From Lytechinus pictus (lineage: Eukaryota), in NCBI RefSeq assembly GCF_037042905.1, contig NC_087247.1, positions 19,344,001 to 19,408,000 of the forward strand: a stretch of 64,000 nt of DNA, in the 5' to 3' direction. The notes below the pieces were generated by a model. That model saw only the letters and a list, made by a program, of their open reading frames with translations, made no database searches and was not told the origin of the DNA. The translations under genes were made by a program, and so were the position numbers. How positions within the stretch are numbered: position 1 is the first letter of the stretch; each line of letters begins with the position of its first letter. Below are positions 60,826 to 64,000 of the stretch, one piece after another.

Positions 60826-63800
60826 TGTTACAACCGATAATGTCGCAGATTGCGACATTATGCCAAGAGCGTCCGACGCATAATGTCGCAGTCAACGCAT
60901 AATGTCGTAGTTTTTCTAACGCATAACGTCACATGTCACAACGCATAATCCGGGGGGGGGGTGGGCACTCAGTATATAATGCATAGTGGGTATGTGCCGC
61001 GGAGGGGACCCCCTTTTTAAACTCAAATTTCCGTTCCGAGGCATAGCATTTTTGTCTTATTGAGAAAAAGAACAAAGAAAGCCGCTCTAAAGCATAGCAT
61101 TTTCTTCTTCTCGAGAAAAAAGAAGAAAAAAAATCCGCTCCAGGGCTTCGCATATTTTCCGTTACGCCGTTCTGGTCGCAATTTTGGTGAAAAGCGACCG
61201 CAGCTCGCTGTCTGACCATCGCCTCTGCGCTAGCGCGCCCGGCAGTCGTGCCGCAGCCCAGCTGCATGCACGTTCCATAGGGATGCATACGCACTCGCAC
61301 GCAGGCGACCGTTCCAAGGACCCCCGTTTTCACAAACATTTGTAGTTCCGAAGGCCGATCCGAGGACCCTCCTTTTTACAATAAGCCCGCTCCAAGGCCC
61401 CCGTTTTTTGTCTCGCCCGCGGCACACCCCCACCACTTTTTTGGTCGAGTCCCCCCCCCCCCGGGCGCATAATGTCGCAGCAAATTGTCAACGAATAATG
61501 TCACATGTCGCAACGCATAATGTCACAGTGGTATTTTCTTCAGGACTCGAGCTACAGATAAGATATAAAATATGCTTTCACTAAGTATTTTGAGACACGA
61601 GAAAGAGAATAAGTGATTTGGAAGTCAGGATTACTCTTTGTATGGATATTTATCGGTTTTATTGCCATTTCGTCTACGGTACTGCCTTTTTCCCACTATC
61701 GCATGGTCTGATATCATTTCATATACCATTAGTTAGTCAACTATCACCATAGTCCAATAACCATTTCGTCTAATTACCATCTCGTCTAATAGCCAGTTGG
61801 TCTAATAGCTGTTTTGTTTATTATCCTTTAGTATAATTGTATTTTTTTCAATTGGTCCAATATCCACTTTGTCCAATATCATTACTTCTATTACCTTTTG
61901 GTCTAATAGCCAATTGGTCTAATAACCACTTGGTCTACTCTCATTTCGTCCATGTTCCATTTGGTCTAACTTCAGTTGGTTCACTATCACTTTGTCTAAT
62001 CCCATTTCGGCTAACAATCATTTGGTAGATTTGCCATGGGTCCAACCACCAATAGGTCTAATCACCATCTCGTCTAATCATCATTTCGTCCAATAGGCAT
62101 ATTCATTTCATCTTATAACCATAATGGTCTACTGGCACTAAACCTCTACGGTGACTCTATGTATCATTGCCGATTTGTTGCAGTACTACTCCTGATTTGT
62201 GGTTCAGATCAGCTCGCGAGCGCAAAAAAACCCTTTACCATCCGCCGACAGGGCATAGGCAGGGAAAAGGAAGGGGAACGAAAGAAAAGGGAAAAGAAGG
62301 GGAAAGAGAGGAGGGAAAATGAGGAAAAATAAGAGGAGACAGAAGAGTGAATAAAATAGGGTGAGGTGAAGACTTTGAAAATTAAAAAAAAAAAATTTCA
62401 TGTCTCAAAAGAGGCGCGATAGCTCAGTCGGTAAAGCGGGGGTTTCTGATTCCGGTGACCCGTATTCGATTCCCAATTGGTGCGTTAGTGCCCCTTGGTG
62501 AGGCATAATAGTCATTTTCCTACCAGGTCCCTTGGAGAGGACCTTAAGCCGTCGGTCCCCTGGTTGCTTGCTTACAAGCATTCATGCTTTCTTAGCAACC
62601 AGGTAAAAAAATCACCATGTACTATATAGGCTAAAATTTTCGCTTCGCGCTGGCATCCATATCTACTTCAGAATTTTCATGCATAGTGCTTGAAAAAGTG
62701 CATAAATTTACCCCTTTTCGGACTGGAATATGAAGTATTTTTAGCTCATGCTTCGCTCTCGCTTTATGCTTTTTCAGTTCTGATTTGCTTTGCAAAGGGT
62801 ACATCGATAATTATTACTATTACTGTTTTTACTATTACGAAGTTATATTTATGCATGTGTGTAAAATTAGGTATTGAAACTAAGTTTTGGGGCTGGCCTC
62901 ACATACAAGCATTGCTTATTTTCGGCAGTCCCTCCGTTTCACTCTAATATACAAAAAATAATAATTTAAGGCAGCTTAATGTCATTAATTGTGTTTATCA
63001 AATCTATAGGCCTTATTGTGTTTTATAAGATGTTATGTTATGTTATACCGAGGTTCTACCTGACTGCTAAGAAAGCACGAATACCTGTGAGCAAGCAACC
63101 AGGGGACCAACGGCTTAAGGTCCTCTCCGAGGGACCTGGTAATGAGGATAAATGCCTTACCAAAGGGCACTAGCGCACCACTTGGGAATCGAACCCGGGT
63201 CAGCGGAATCCGAAACCCCTGCTCTACCGACTGAGCTATCGCTTTTTTTTGGTTATATTCTTTATTTTTATGATATGTTTATTATATACAACATTGTGAA
63301 ACGGAAAACAGTAAATAAAATGAAATGATTAAAACATGTATTCAAAATGCCTAAATTCTAGGTCTAAATTAACGCAGCTTATTCTATATATTTATAACGT
63401 GCTTGAATTATCCAGTTTCAGATCAGAATATAAAAAAAAAACTTCTGCTCGCATTATTAACAATAATGTAGGAAGATACCTAGTTACCCATCCATTTTAC
63501 AATTTACAAAACATTAAAAGAGTGTCCAGTTCTTAGATCCAAAATCTATTTTTCGGCTCACGCTGCCGTCAACTGTTTAGTTGTGTAACTCGAGTCCTGA
63601 AGAAAATACCGGTGATTGGACCCATGGCAACGATACCAAATGATTGTTAGCCGAAATGGGTTTAGACAAAGTGATAGCGAACCAACTGAAGTTAGACCAA
63701 ATGGAACATGGACGAAATGAGAGTAGACCAAGTGGTTATTAGACCAATTTGCTATTAGGCCAAAAGGTAATAGACGTAATGATATTGGACAAAGTGGATA

Positions 63801-64000
63801 TTGGACCAATTGAAAAAAAATACAATTAGACTAAATGATAATAAACAAAACGGCTATTAGACCAACTGGCTATTAGACGAGATGGTAATTAGACGAAATG
63901 GTTATTGGACTATGTTGATAGTTGACTAACTAATGGTAGACGAAATTATATCAGACCATGCGATAGTAGGGGAAAAGGCAGTAGACGAAATGGCAATGAA
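60826..64000. mobile_element. Ginger-like element of unit C' (runs off the window end)
   Basis: gggcc-tgttacaaccgataat start. Collinear with 35724 onward. Confidence 0.85.

Larger units (their letters stand above)
43545..64000 (+). repeat. Higher-order direct duplication of ~16440-39610 (spacer B, GPCR3, spacer C)
   Basis: Near-identical sequence and the same diagnostic insertions at offsets of ~27.1 kb, then ~25.1 kb, then ~24.4 kb after unit-specific indels. Confidence 0.92.

Overview
This is AT-rich eukaryotic DNA. The repeat families and the GPCR type point to an echinoderm, probably a sea urchin (inference). The window is a head-to-tail tandem array of five class A (rhodopsin-like) GPCR genes, all on the minus strand, each with its CDS in a single exon. 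Copies 2-4 are intact. Copy 1 is disrupted at both ends by transposons and carries a frameshift. Copy 5 has a 4-bp frameshift in helix 8 plus a new out-of-frame upstream ATG. Every copy has the same predicted upstream layout: TATA box, Inr, ~35-nt non-coding exon 1, intron, then the coding exon. The ancestral unit of roughly 5.6 kb has grown to 11-16 kb through nested non-autonomous DNA transposons, many of which have an empty site in a sister unit, plus an L2-like LINE fragment and tRNA-derived SINEs. A higher-order ~27/25-kb two-gene duplication is superimposed. The insertion history conflicts with the CDS relationships, which implies patchwork gene conversion; copy 4 differs mainly at ligand-facing positions. 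Other notable items are a 2.8-kb spacerless palindrome, a Ginger-like element with an apparently extended TIR, and three N-runs at one homologous position. There is no CRISPR array, rRNA, true tRNA gene or recognisable transposase ORF. All coordinates were counted by eye, and TE superfamily calls rest only on termini and target-site duplications (TSDs).
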